Part shown: positions 41,587 through 51,517 of the stretch, in pieces
How the letters are laid out: the number at the start of each line of letters is the position of its first letter
How positions within the stretch are numbered: position 1 is the stretch's first letter
Source: Octopus sinensis
Taxonomy: Eukaryota
Assembly: GCF_006345805.1 (NCBI RefSeq)
Contig: NC_042998.1
Location: 181,784,001-181,848,000, forward strand
Reading direction: 5' to 3'
Length of the DNA: 64,000 nucleotides
Notes under the pieces: generated by a model
Databases searched by the model: none
What the model saw: only the letters and a program-made list of their open reading frames with translations
What the model was told of the DNA's origin: nothing
Position numbers and translations under genes: made by a program

Positions 41587-42241
41587 AGTAATTTTTATTA
41601 ACTTTTATAGCTTTAGAATCTTATGAACTGTACCACGGATTTAATTATTATTTTTCATCTCCATATATGTTAGCCTTTTTTTTTATATATATATAAAAAA
41701 AACTATTAGCCAAATATGTATAATATCGGTACTTATTGATATTAATATATACACTATTATATATTTTGTTTTATTTTGTTCTGTTTACCTTCCTTTTTTG
41801 TACAAATGTGTATTATATTATATAAGTGTAGCTTATGATGTATAAGTTTTTATATTTTACTTTTTATATTTTTATATTTATATGTATATGATGTATAATA
41901 TTTTTCACTATTATAACAAATTTAATTTAATTCTCTGAAGAGGCCGTGGGGCATCCTTGTTAATGCCTCATTTATACCTGCCTTTATGGCTTATAGGTTA
42001 AATGAGGTATGACTGTCCTCACTGCCGAAACAGCTGTCAGTTTTGATTTATTTGCATATTATATTTGAAAATTTTTACTTATATCTCTTTATCTTGTTAC
42101 TATTACTGTATATCTCATTTCATTTTATGTATTGCCTTTACTCATATGTAATGGTGTATTAAAGTATGGATTGAGTATCATCGGATAGTTGATGTTTTAC
42201 TGATTTAAGTATTTTTCTCTCTCATTCTCTAATTTTGTAGT
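40766..42241 (+). repeat. Right arm of giant inverted repeat (~1.47 kb)
   Basis: Reverse complement of 38715-40187. The same T-rich composition continues through the 40188-40765 spacer and on to ~42415 before (TA)n. Confidence 0.97.
41923..42050 (+). ncRNA. Type I hammerhead ribozyme with extended stem II
   Basis: CTGAAGA (41935-41941), stem II GGC...GCC enclosing a long hairpin, GAAA (42027-42030), palindromic ACAGCTGT stem III, GUC triplet (42036-42038), stem I CU/AG plus further pairs. Confidence 0.8.
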
Positions 42242-42413
42242 ATTAATTTCGGGTAATATTATTACCTTTACCCATATAATGCAAAAGATGAACTGATTGT
42301 TTGACAATTTTTAACATCTATGTATTAATTTTGTTGGGTACCTATCTAGCAGTATATTGGATATATATTATCCCATGGTGGGTTGAATTTTCAACCCCTA
42401 TCTCATTTTATAA

Positions 42414-42462
<49 letters not shown>

Positions 42463-43057
42463 GTCTGATAATAGGTTTTAGAGTTTTGTTTTTTTTTTTG
42501 TTTTGGGGGTGAGGGTCGTAAATCACTTCCTAGTTTCGGCGGGGGAGGTTGAAATTTGATATTGTTGTGATGAGTGGTCAGTCTACATCTATCCATCACT
42601 ACAGATTTATAGCTTTAAGTTTATAGTGTGTATGTGCGTGCGTATACACACACATACATACATACACACAGGCGTATGTACGTACATACATACATACATG
42701 CATACATGCGTGTATACATACATACACACATACATACGTACATATATATGACGAACTAACTGTTACTTTCTCAGATGCAGCACGGATTCTTGTCAGTGAA
42801 CAGGTCGCAGTCTTATAGCGACGAAAATATTTTGACAAATTAAACTTAAATGTTGAAGTGAATCGAACGGCTTTTGTGTGTTTCTTAAATGGCTTACAAA
42901 CACCTTCCACGCTGCAATTGTTTTCGTTCCAGCACACGATCTCAGATCAAATCACTTGCTATGCAAGTACATCTCCGTAATATATAGTTTCCGCCTATCA
43001 AATCCACTCTCAAAACTTTGGTCGGCCCGAGGTGATATATATATATTATTTTATTTA

Positions 43058-43427
43058 TCTTTATATATAAAAGTGAAGTTGTGTGTCTCCTACGATTTAG
43101 ATTCCTAACTACTCCCACATTTTGCGGTGCAGTGTAACCAAAAGCGGGTATCTTATAGTCGTGATTCATATCGAGCCCTTCTGGGTATTAGCGCGCGTCT
43201 ACGATGAGTCTACGATTTTAAAAATAATTTACCATCATTTTTTTCCATTTTTTCGCTATTATATAAGGGAAGTAACTAAAAATGTCTACGATGAGTCAAC
43301 GATTTTTTTAAAAATTTACCATAATTTTTTTTCCATTTTTAATGCATTTTTTTGGCTATAACTCTCTAAAAATGCTTATATAGTTATTCCCCTTACAAAC
43401 CCGAGCAACGCCGGGCGATACTGTTAG
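43058..43427 (+). mobile_element. Non-autonomous Helitron
   Basis: A|TCTTTATATATAAAAGTGAAGTTG...ACAAACCCGAGCAACGCCGGGCGATACTGTTAG|T. Same 3' hairpin as the 36784 copy. Confidence 0.85.
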
Positions 43428-43724
43428 TATATATTATTTTATTTATTAGGGAATAAAAATTCCGGCATCACAGGGGTTCAAATTATTCTCAATGAGGAAA
43501 TATGTTATTTAGAGATAGTAGTCCCCCTTCATCTAAATAAACACACACATGTAGTGAGTAGGTGAAAGCAAAATAAGCTTCGTTTAGATAACTCTCAATA
43601 TAGTGAATGGGGATCTAAACTTCAACCTCTTCTTCCAGGGCCGGCACCTCTGCAACGAAAGTCATCTATTAGAATAATAGTTGTCAAGCTGTTATGGGGG
43701 TAAATAAACACTGGTAGGCCTGGG

Positions 43725-43908
43725 GCGTATATTTACTGCTGTTACGTTCTGAGTTCAAATTCCGCCGAGGTCGACTTTGCCTTTCATCCTTTTGGGGTCG
43801 ATAAATTAAGTACCAGTTACGCACTGGGGTCGATGGAATCGTCTTAATCGCTTTGTCTGTCCTTGTTCGTCCTCTCTGTGTTTAGCCCCTTGTGGGTAGT
43901 AAAGAAAT
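43725..43908 (+). mobile_element. SINE family B
   Basis: GTTACGTTCTGAGTTCAAATTCCGCCGAGGTCGACTTTGCCTTTCATCC...GCCCCTTGTGGGTAGTAAAGAAATA. Confidence 0.85.
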
Positions 43909-44287
43909 ATATATTTACGTGGACCACAAAATGAATGAAGAAAAAAATAATAAAATAATCGTTTAAGTAACTAAAGCTGAAATTCCAGACTTTTGGAGAA
44001 ATTTTAAAATTCTTTCCGACACAAATTTTGACACCTGAATTTAGGACATGTCCTGAAAAATAAGGACGTATGGCAATTCTAGAGAAGAGTATATATAATT
44101 TGAAGGAAATTTTTATCTTTTTTTTTCTAAGCCAGTCGAACAACTAAGTCAAAGGCGTCTTTCATTGGTTTGTGACAGTTGGCAGAAGAGTCAGGTTAGA
44201 GTTAGTTCCCTTTAACTAGAACTCTCTTTAAGAAGAGAATAATGTCACAGTTATAATTTTCTGTCTCTCGACTCTTGTTGAAGAATT

Positions 44288-45067
44288 ATGCCGAAAGTTA
44301 CAGCAAATAGTCAAAAATCAGCTCCAATGCCGTCTTGCTCGTCCAAATCTAAGACCTCCACAGTTTCTCAGGTACATGAACAAAATTCCACGCAGAATGA
44401 TTTAACGACCGAATCTGAAGATTTGGAACGCAAAGCGATCGAACTGGTCCAATATTTATTGATTGCGGATCAGAAAAAGATTCCAGTTCGTAAAATTGAC
44501 ATTAATAACCATATACTAAAAGACCAAAAGAAATACTTTCCAACAGTCCTCAAGAAATCTCGGGATATGCTTCAATCAGTATTTGGTGCCAAACTTATTG
44601 AATTCGACGATAAATTAAAAAAACGCTACATTTTAATCACAAGCAGAAGCGATATCAGGAGAAATATTGATTTGATTTCCAGCGAAGAGGAATCGGCTAA
44701 ACTTGGGCTCCTTTTTAATATTCTGGCCATTATTTACATGAATGGTGGTGTGATATCCGATTCAGACTTGTGGAAAGCACTTCGGAAACTCGGTGTCGAT
44801 CCAGATGTACATCATGAAGTATTTGGAGATGTGAAGAAGTTACTCACTGAGGAATTCGTTCGTCAATATTATTTAGAATATGTTCGTCAAAGCAATAGTG
44901 AACCGATTCAGTATGAATTTCATTGGGGATTTAGAGCTGAAAAAGAACTTCAGAAGAAGGATGTATTACTTTATGTAAGTAAGATATACAAGACCGAACC
45001 TTCTCAGTGGAAACTTCTCTGGAATAACTGTATGGAAGAAGAGGCTAACCGATCTTCATCAGCATAA
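44288..45067 (+). CDS. NSMCE3: MAGE-domain protein, Smc5/6 subunit NSE3 (NSMCE3/MAGE-G1-like), single-exon ORF, 259 aa
   Basis: Uninterrupted ORF. A Ser/Thr-rich N-tail precedes the tandem winged-helix MAGE domain: ELVQYLLIADQKKIPVRKIDI, KLGLLFNILAIIYMNG, LWKALRKLGV, HHEVFGDVKKLLTEEFVRQYYLEY, YEFHWGFRAEKE. Confidence 0.93.
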   Translation: MPKVTANSQKSAPMPSCSSKSKTSTVSQVHEQNSTQNDLTTESEDLERKAIELVQYLLIADQKKIPVRKIDINNHILKDQKKYFPTVLKKSRDMLQSVFGAKLIEFDDKLKKRYILITSRSDIRRNIDLISSEEESAKLGLLFNILAIIYMNGGVISDSDLWKALRKLGVDPDVHHEVFGDVKKLLTEEFVRQYYLEYVRQSNSEPIQYEFHWGFRAEKELQKKDVLLYVSKIYKTEPSQWKLLWNNCMEEEANRSSSA

Positions 45068-45074
45068 TATTCTC

Positions 45075-45090
45075 TCTATCACTCTCTCTC

Positions 45091-45122
<32 letters not shown>
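45075..45122. repeat. (CT)n microsatellite just 3' of the NSE3 stop
   Basis: Seen directly. Confidence 0.9.
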
Positions 45123-45507
45123 CACTTCACACATCTACGCAGGGTGTCTTGGTAGACTTAAATGCCAGTTATTAAGTCACTGCTTATTGTTATTCCGACT
45201 CTTAATGGGTCTGAGTTCAAATCTCGCCGAGGCCAACTTGTCTTTCAACCCTCCGGGGGTCAATAAAATAAGGTACTACTGAACTGCTTGGGATCGATAG
45301 GCCTAAATCAGAAACAGTTATGGTGTTTAATACAAGTTGAATGTAAGAAAGTCTAATAGCTTTGTAATTTTACATAACTGTACGTGAATTAATCGAATTA
45401 TTCAAGGTGTTCCACTTCATTCACTTTTGTAATCGCTTAAATATAATTAGGCGAAATTAAAGCAGTCAAGACCAATCAGTTACTAATTTTATCAAAATCA
45501 ATTGGAA

Positions 45508-45560
<53 letters not shown>

Positions 45561-46350
45561 TATATATATGCAATTTAATGCTAACATAATCACAGCCCAT
45601 AATTGTTATCACTATTATCATTACTTTAAACTCCAGTTTGTGTATACAAACATGTTTGAAGAATTTACAGACACATGAAGCCGGTGATTACCCCTGGACT
45701 ATATATCAATAGACAAGTGAAACTCAAACCTCTTACACAAGACACTAGTTTTAAACTGGTTACTACACCCTCAAAAGAATTATAATAATTTATTTTCGAC
45801 CACATTCGTATAAAAAAATGTACTGCAAAAATACTTGTTGAGGATGAAATATTTGCCGCCAAAAAGTTGGCAAATACAACTTCCTTTTTGCAGTTTTGCC
45901 TCGCAAAACATACTCTTTTGTAATTCACTTTCATGTTTCGTTATACATCATTATTTTTAAAACATTTGTGACTAATATCTTTATAATTTGTTTTCATAAA
46001 TTATTCTTTGTAAAAGTCCTTTCTTGAGATTCATAACAAAATCTCTTCAAAATTTCATTTTGGCTCATTGTTGAGTAATAATGAGCTTGTTGTAACACAG
46101 TATTACTATCAAATAATACGTTTCATATTCATGGTAAGAATACTTATTAATAAGTTTAAAATTATCAATTTTTAATATTCTAAACACTTGTAAAAAAAAT
46201 GTCTCATCCTTAGAGCTTATTTTGTTTTCGTAAATGAGTTTATGTACATAATATATTTTTCTAACATTTCTCAATTTTCGTGTCTTTTTGTGTTATAGTT
46301 ATTTATATTTTTGAAATCTACATTATGTTTACATTTAGACAAAGAATTGG

Positions 46351-46589
46351 GGTACTAGTAGCGTAGACTGGACCCGGTTCGCGCGGACGCGCGTCCGTAC
46401 TGGCCAGATGTAGGTAGTCGATCCTACGAGCTGACTGGTGCATGCACGATATATACTTGTATCGCACGTCCCCGATTCGTATATATACAAGTATATATCG
46501 ATACAAGTATATGTCAGCTCGTAGGATCGACTGCCTACGTCTGGCTAGCGCGTGTGCGCAAACCGGGTCCAGTCTACGCTACTAGTACC
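46351..46589. mobile_element. Palindromic MITE with GGTACTA termini and degenerate 8-bp TSD (Merlin-like)
   Basis: TIR GGTACTAGTAGCGTAGACTGGACCCGGTT / AACCGGGTCCAGTCTACGCTACTAGTACC, further internal inverted arms, flanks AGAATTGG / AGAATGAG (6/8). Confidence 0.8.
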
Positions 46590-46705
46590 AGAATGAGTTA
46601 CTAAAAAGCAATATATATTTATTAATCGAAGTCAAATTCGATAAACAAAAATTATTGGCGAAACATCCACTAAAGGAATTCAATGGATTTCAGTTTAACA
46701 CTGTT

Positions 46706-46732
46706 ACGTCACTTCCGGTAGTTACTTCCTGG
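46706..46732. promoter_or_regulatory. Overlapping ETS-CRE promoter motif plus second ETS core
   Basis: ACGTCACTTCCGG (reverse complement CCGGAAGTGACGT) at 46706-46718 and ACTTCCTGG at 46724-46732, in non-repetitive CpG-retaining DNA. No transcript evidence. Confidence 0.5.
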
Positions 46733-47035
46733 TCATCTGTATTGCTGGGAAGTAAATAATTTTGGCTGTTGTTTTCATTGCCAAAGTTTCTTCTGTGTCT
46801 ACAGACGTAATCTGGTCGAAACAAAACCACTAGGAAGAGAAATAGAAGCAATGATAATAAAGGCAATCAGAAAGTCCTAATATATTGGGTGTTTGTCACT
46901 TGAATACAGTCGTTACCCATCACGTTGAAAACAGTGCCTACTTGTTTGGGACGTCATGTTCTACTCGTGCTGTTGGTCATTGTATTTATTATATACCCCA
47001 ATTTTTTTTGTACTAGCTTTCTGTAAACTACCCCC

Positions 47036-47517
47036 GGATCTTTTCGGTTTGAACGGCAGTTTTTAACATAATTTCTAGGTAACTAAAAAAATTTAAACTT
47101 CGTATACTGGTAGAATGTGTTTATAAAACATCTTTTTCTCTTGGCTTTATTGAGAAAATTCTATTGTAGAAACACAGCCAGATAAGACTGGAGCCTGGTG
47201 CAGCCTTCTGGCTTCCCAGATCCCCGGTCGAACCATCCAACCCATGCTAGCATGGAGAACGGACGTTAAACGATGATGATGTAAGATATTTGTTGTTTTT
47301 CTGCAATTTCAACCAATCAATGACGTCTATTGAGGTGAAAAACATTCTGTGCCGTATGAATATGTCCCTCAAGAAACAGATAGGGTTTATTTACATTTCT
47401 GAAGAAAAAAATCTAAAACAGATTGAAATGCAATAGATCGATACTAGGGTCATAATTATGGGTGACAATTTCATATGACACCGCTAGAAAAAACTGCCGT
47501 TCAAACCGAAAAGATCC
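47036..47517. mobile_element. MITE with 28-bp TIR GGATCTTTTCGGTTTGAACGGCAGTTTT, carrying a nested (GAT)n-tail SINE at ~47165-47280
   Basis: Perfect terminal inverted repeats. The body matches one arm of 50762-51517. No TSD seen. Confidence 0.85.
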
Positions 47518-47982
47518 CAGGGCTATTCTAAGCCCTGTATTGGTGACCGATGATATTCAGTTTAAAAAACCATTACTCGCTGCTAATGGACGCTAGGTCT
47601 TCTAAACTCTTCCTACTCCTCCGCTCCACTTTCTTTGCGATGTAACCGCCATTACCATTATCATCATCATAGCCTCAACTTTTCCCGAACTATTGCTCTT
47701 TTCTTTCCTTCCACTCTTACCAATCTACATTCCCCTTTACATCGCATCTTCTCTTTCCAAGTATCTCTCTCCACACTGTGTGTATTGATATAGACTTACA
47801 CACAAAAGACAAAATGTTAGGCACGTGGAAGATCGTCACTTTCCGTAAAATTTTTATTTTTTATATATGTGGGGGAAGGGTATCTTTTTACTTCAGAAAT
47901 GTAAATAAACCCACGTGGGTTTATAAGTGACAGTTATGTTACTAGTAACGATCGCCAAATGTTTAATATATGCCCACACATA

Positions 47983-48270
47983 GGCGCAGGCGTGGCTGTG
48001 TGGTAAGAAGTTTGCTCTCCAGCCACATGGTTCCGGGTTCAATCTCACTGCGTGGCACCTTGGGAGATTATCTTCTACTATAGCTTCGGTGTCGATCAAA
48101 ATCCTGCGAGTGCATTTGTTCCCACCACCACCGCTTAGCTACCAGTCAGTTTCTTTACGTCTCTGTAATATTGGCGATTCGGCAAAAAGAGACCGATCGA
48201 ATAAGTACCGGGGTCGATTTGTTCAACTAAATCCTTTAATCCAATGACTGAAATACATAAAAGATAATAA
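47983..48270 (+). mobile_element. SINE family A, internally deleted
   Basis: GGCGCAGGCGTGGCTGTGTGGTAAGAAG...CCACATGGTTCCGGGTTCAAT...GAGACCGATCGAATAAGTACCGGGGTCG. Confidence 0.85.
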
Positions 48271-49019
48271 GCATCTTGTATTCAATGAATGGTAATCTCA
48301 CCATTTTTTTTACCACAACGCATCTTTATATATTTTCAGTGTTTTGGTTTATGTCACAAACTTTATGTACCAAAATTTCATCCAGCTTCATTTCAATTTA
48401 CAAAGATTCAGGAAGATATCCTAAATCGCTTCACTTCTATTTAGTTGCCCATGCTCTTGGAATTTCCCCTTCTGTAGTATTTTGAATTTTCCTGTATGAT
48501 TTATATTTACTTTCATCTTTTTTTCCTCAGTCACGATAAAAAATAATAATAATAATAATAATCTCTAAATTAAAGGAAAATAACCATACAAAATATCACA
48601 ACTTGAAATAATCGAGCGATGGGTGCCTCTCCTAGACAGCCAGTATCATAAAATGGACAGAAATGTCGCTTTTGGAATGTATTTGATTACATAAAAGACG
48701 CATCGCGGTTTCAGTAGTGCATACCTGGTAAAATAGCGATAAGCTTATTGGAGGACCAACTTCGTATGCAAAACCCGTTTTTTAAGTAAGGAGTGTGGGG
48801 TGTCATATGCTATCAGATACAGTATCTGTTCAGAGCCGACTTATTTCATTCCTTGTGGACCTTTTATGCTGTTGCGTTGACCCTGCTAGAATAACACCCA
48901 ACGCTCCCTCATCAAATCCTACTATCTTAAAAGCTAGAATGGACAATAAAGTTCCTAACACACAGCAAAACGGGTCGCACCTGGAACGCATTTGATTGCA
49001 GCTCGGATAAACCTCTACT

Positions 49020-49288
49020 CTTTACTCTCTTTTACTTGTTTCAGTCATTTGACTGTGGCCATGCTGGAGCACCGCCTTTAGTCGAACAAATCGACCCCAT
49101 GACTTATTCTTTGTAAGCCTAGTACTTATTCTATCGGTTCTTTTGCCGAACCGCTAAGTTACGGAGACGTAAACACACCAGCATCGGTTGTCAAGCGATG
49201 TTGGGGGGGGGACAAACACAAACATACATACACATATATATGTACGACGGGCTTCTTTCAGTTTCCGTCTACCAAATCCACTCACAAA
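49020..49288 (-). mobile_element. SINE family A, 5'-truncated
   Basis: TTTTACTTGTTTCAGTCATTTGACTGTGGCCATGCTGGAGCACCGCC...CAAATCCACTCACAA. Confidence 0.9.
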
Positions 49289-49721
49289 AAAGTTTTTGTT
49301 AAGTGAAAGTATTTTTCTTGGGGACTAATGCAGTTTCGCACCTCTCCTTGCAAAAGGTTTTGTTTTTATTTTATTCGGATTCCTACGTTTTAGACGTCCG
49401 AGATTACGAATATGCTAAAAAAAAAATAAACAGTAACATATAGTTATTTTCTTGTTTACCACGGAACTTATACTTTACCATGATTGTTTTGGAAATGTGC
49501 AGGGCAAACTGACAGTCCGACACACTCGAAGGGGAGATAATTCCGTATTCTATCAATTCTATACATGCCGTAGACTGCCTTAGAGTCTCGCGCGCAATAA
49601 AAATCCGTATGGCAAACTTCTTCCCAGCATGACCACTTGGCACCACGTGTTCTTTGGTTGGTTCTTTTCCCGTTTTCTTCTGGTGTCTACGTCACAGTAG
49701 TCTTTGTATGCTGAATAACTG

Positions 49722-50224
49722 GGCACTACTTGAGAACAGTGGTCCCGTTGCGCGCACTCGCATATTCGCACTAGCTAGTCATGACTAGTCGACCCCTTTG
49801 TGTTTTTATGTTATTTACTTTGTTTAAAAAATTTTTTACTTTGTGTTTTATTTACTTTACTCTTTTACTTGTTTCAGTCATTTGACTGCGGCCATGCTGG
49901 AGCACCGCCTTTAATCGAGCAACTCGACCCCGGGACTTATTCTTTTGTAAGCCCAGTACTTATTCTATCGGTCTCTTTTGCCGAACCGCTAAGTAACGGG
50001 GACATAAACACACCAGCATCGGTTGTCAAGCAATGCTAGGGGGACACAAACACACATATATATGCATATATACGACGGGCTTCTTTCAGTTTCCGTCTAC
50101 CAAATCCACTCACAAGGCTTTGGTAACAAAATTTATTTATTTTGTGTTTTATTTACTTTGCTAGGTAGTCGTTGTAGGATCGACTAGCTAGCGCGCACCG
50201 GGACCATTGTTCTCAAGTAGTACC
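49722..50224. mobile_element. Second GG(T/C)ACTA-terminus MITE with 8-bp TSD, containing a nested SINE A (~49852-50124)
   Basis: TIR GGCACTACTTGAGAACAGTGGTCCCG / CGGGACCATTGTTCTCAAGTAGTACC, flanks AATAACTG / AATATCTG (7/8). Confidence 0.8.
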
Positions 50225-50299
50225 AATATCTGGTAGGCAAAACCGACACAGAGTTGATTTGCAGTGGTTGTAATTGGCTTTGCAGAAATTTTTTTTCTT

Positions 50300-50655
50300 T
50301 TTCCATCTATAATTGTCTTGCTAGATGACTGAGGAACTTCTTTAGACATCCGTAGTTTATACCAAACAGAACTATTGCACTATGTAACTGAACCTTGATG
50401 TTAATACCGATGTCTATTGGAATACACCTCCTCTGCATTGCCAGTTCTACTAGTCACTGATAATATTGGTTGTGATATTAAATCTAGTTAGTCATTGTTT
50501 CTACCAGCTGTGCAGTATCATTGACAAAGGGTAGATTCCAAAGCCTTTTCATTTCTCTGTAGCATTCTTGTGATGGTCCCATCAATTACCTCCTTCATTA
50601 TGGAGTCAATTACTAGCAGGAAGAGAAAGGTAAGAGGGTGCAGCCCTGACACCTG
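50300..50655 (-). mobile_element. RTE-type LINE RT fragment
   Basis: Minus strand GV..GCTLLPFLFLLVIDSIMK...LPFVND (cf. GVRQGCxLSP..LFxxVID..DLDFADD). Degenerate. Confidence 0.65.
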
Positions 50656-50761
50656 CATTATAAAGATATAAATTGACTCCAGTACTTGATTGGTATTTTA
50701 TCAAGGACGAAGGGTAAATTGCCCTTGGCAGGATTTGAACTCAGAATGTAAAAAATCAACA

Positions 50762-51517
50762 GGATCTTTCCTTTTGAACGGCACTTTGTAACATAATTTC
50801 TAGGTAACTAAAAAGTTTTAAACTTCGTATACTGGTAGAATGTGTTTATAAAACATCATTTTATCTTGGCTTTATTGAGAAAATTCTATAGGTTGTAACA
50901 TAGTTCATCTAAAATTTCTTGCATTTCGGCAATTTTAACCAATCAATTACCTCCATTCACGTAAATAATATTCTGTGCATAATGAATATGTCCCTCCTTT
51001 AAGAAACAGATTGGGTTTATTTACATTTGTGAAGAAAAAAGATACCCTTCCATTAACCCTAAATCTAAAATAGATCGATACTAGGGTTATAATTATGGGT
51101 GACAATTTCATACGACACTGCTACGGAAAATGGGATTTTTTTTTAGCGGTGTCAAATGAAAATGTCACCCATAATTATGGCCCTAGTATCGATCTATTGC
51201 ATTTCAATCTAATTTAGAGTTAGGGTTGAGGAAGGGTATCTTTTTTTCTTTACAAATGTAAATAAACCCAATCTGTTTCTTAAAGGAGGGACATATTCAT
51301 TATGCACAGAATGTTATGTCAATGGAGGTAATTGATTGGTTAAAATTGCCGAAATGCAAGAAATTTTAGACGAAATATGTTACAACCTATAGAATTTTCT
51401 CAATAAAGCCAAGAGAAAAGGATGTTTTATAAACACATTCTACCAGTATACGAAGTTTAAAACTTTTTAGTTAGCTAGAAATTATGTTACAAAGTGCCGT
51501 TCAAAAGGAAAAGATCC
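50762..51517. mobile_element. Foldback element with ~365-bp arms and perfect 8-bp TSD
   Basis: Nearly fully palindromic from GGATCTTT.C.TTTGAACGGCAC to GTGCCGTTCAAAAGGAAAAGATCC. TSD AATCAACA at 50754-50761 and 51518-51525. Confidence 0.92.

Larger units (their letters stand above)
38715..42415. mobile_element. Non-coding Penelope-like element in inverted (head-to-head) configuration
   Basis: Hammerhead core in each arm, inverted shorter copy 5' of a longer copy, (TA)n at both ends, no ORF of 60 aa or more. PLE assignment is inferred from the hammerhead plus inverted architecture. Confidence 0.65.

Noticed and set aside
44242-44283. Alternative NSE3 start ATG TCA CA joined by an intron
   Set aside because: The implied intron would be only about 35 nt. 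It is treated as a uORF instead.
45665-45934. 89-aa minus ORF downstream of NSE3
   Set aside because: No recognisable motif, and the opposite strand is similarly open. Could be chance or a TE relic.
46795-46830. Hammerhead-like CTACAGAC...GTCGAAAC
   Set aside because: The CUGANGA core is not matched and no stem III or cleavage triplet is present.
48720-49010. ORF 48795-48995 and minus-strand splice-like sites
   Set aside because: Frames stop quickly. At best a faint RT-like relic.
51216-51236. TTAGGG telomere-like motif
   Set aside because: A single unit within the foldback element, not an array.
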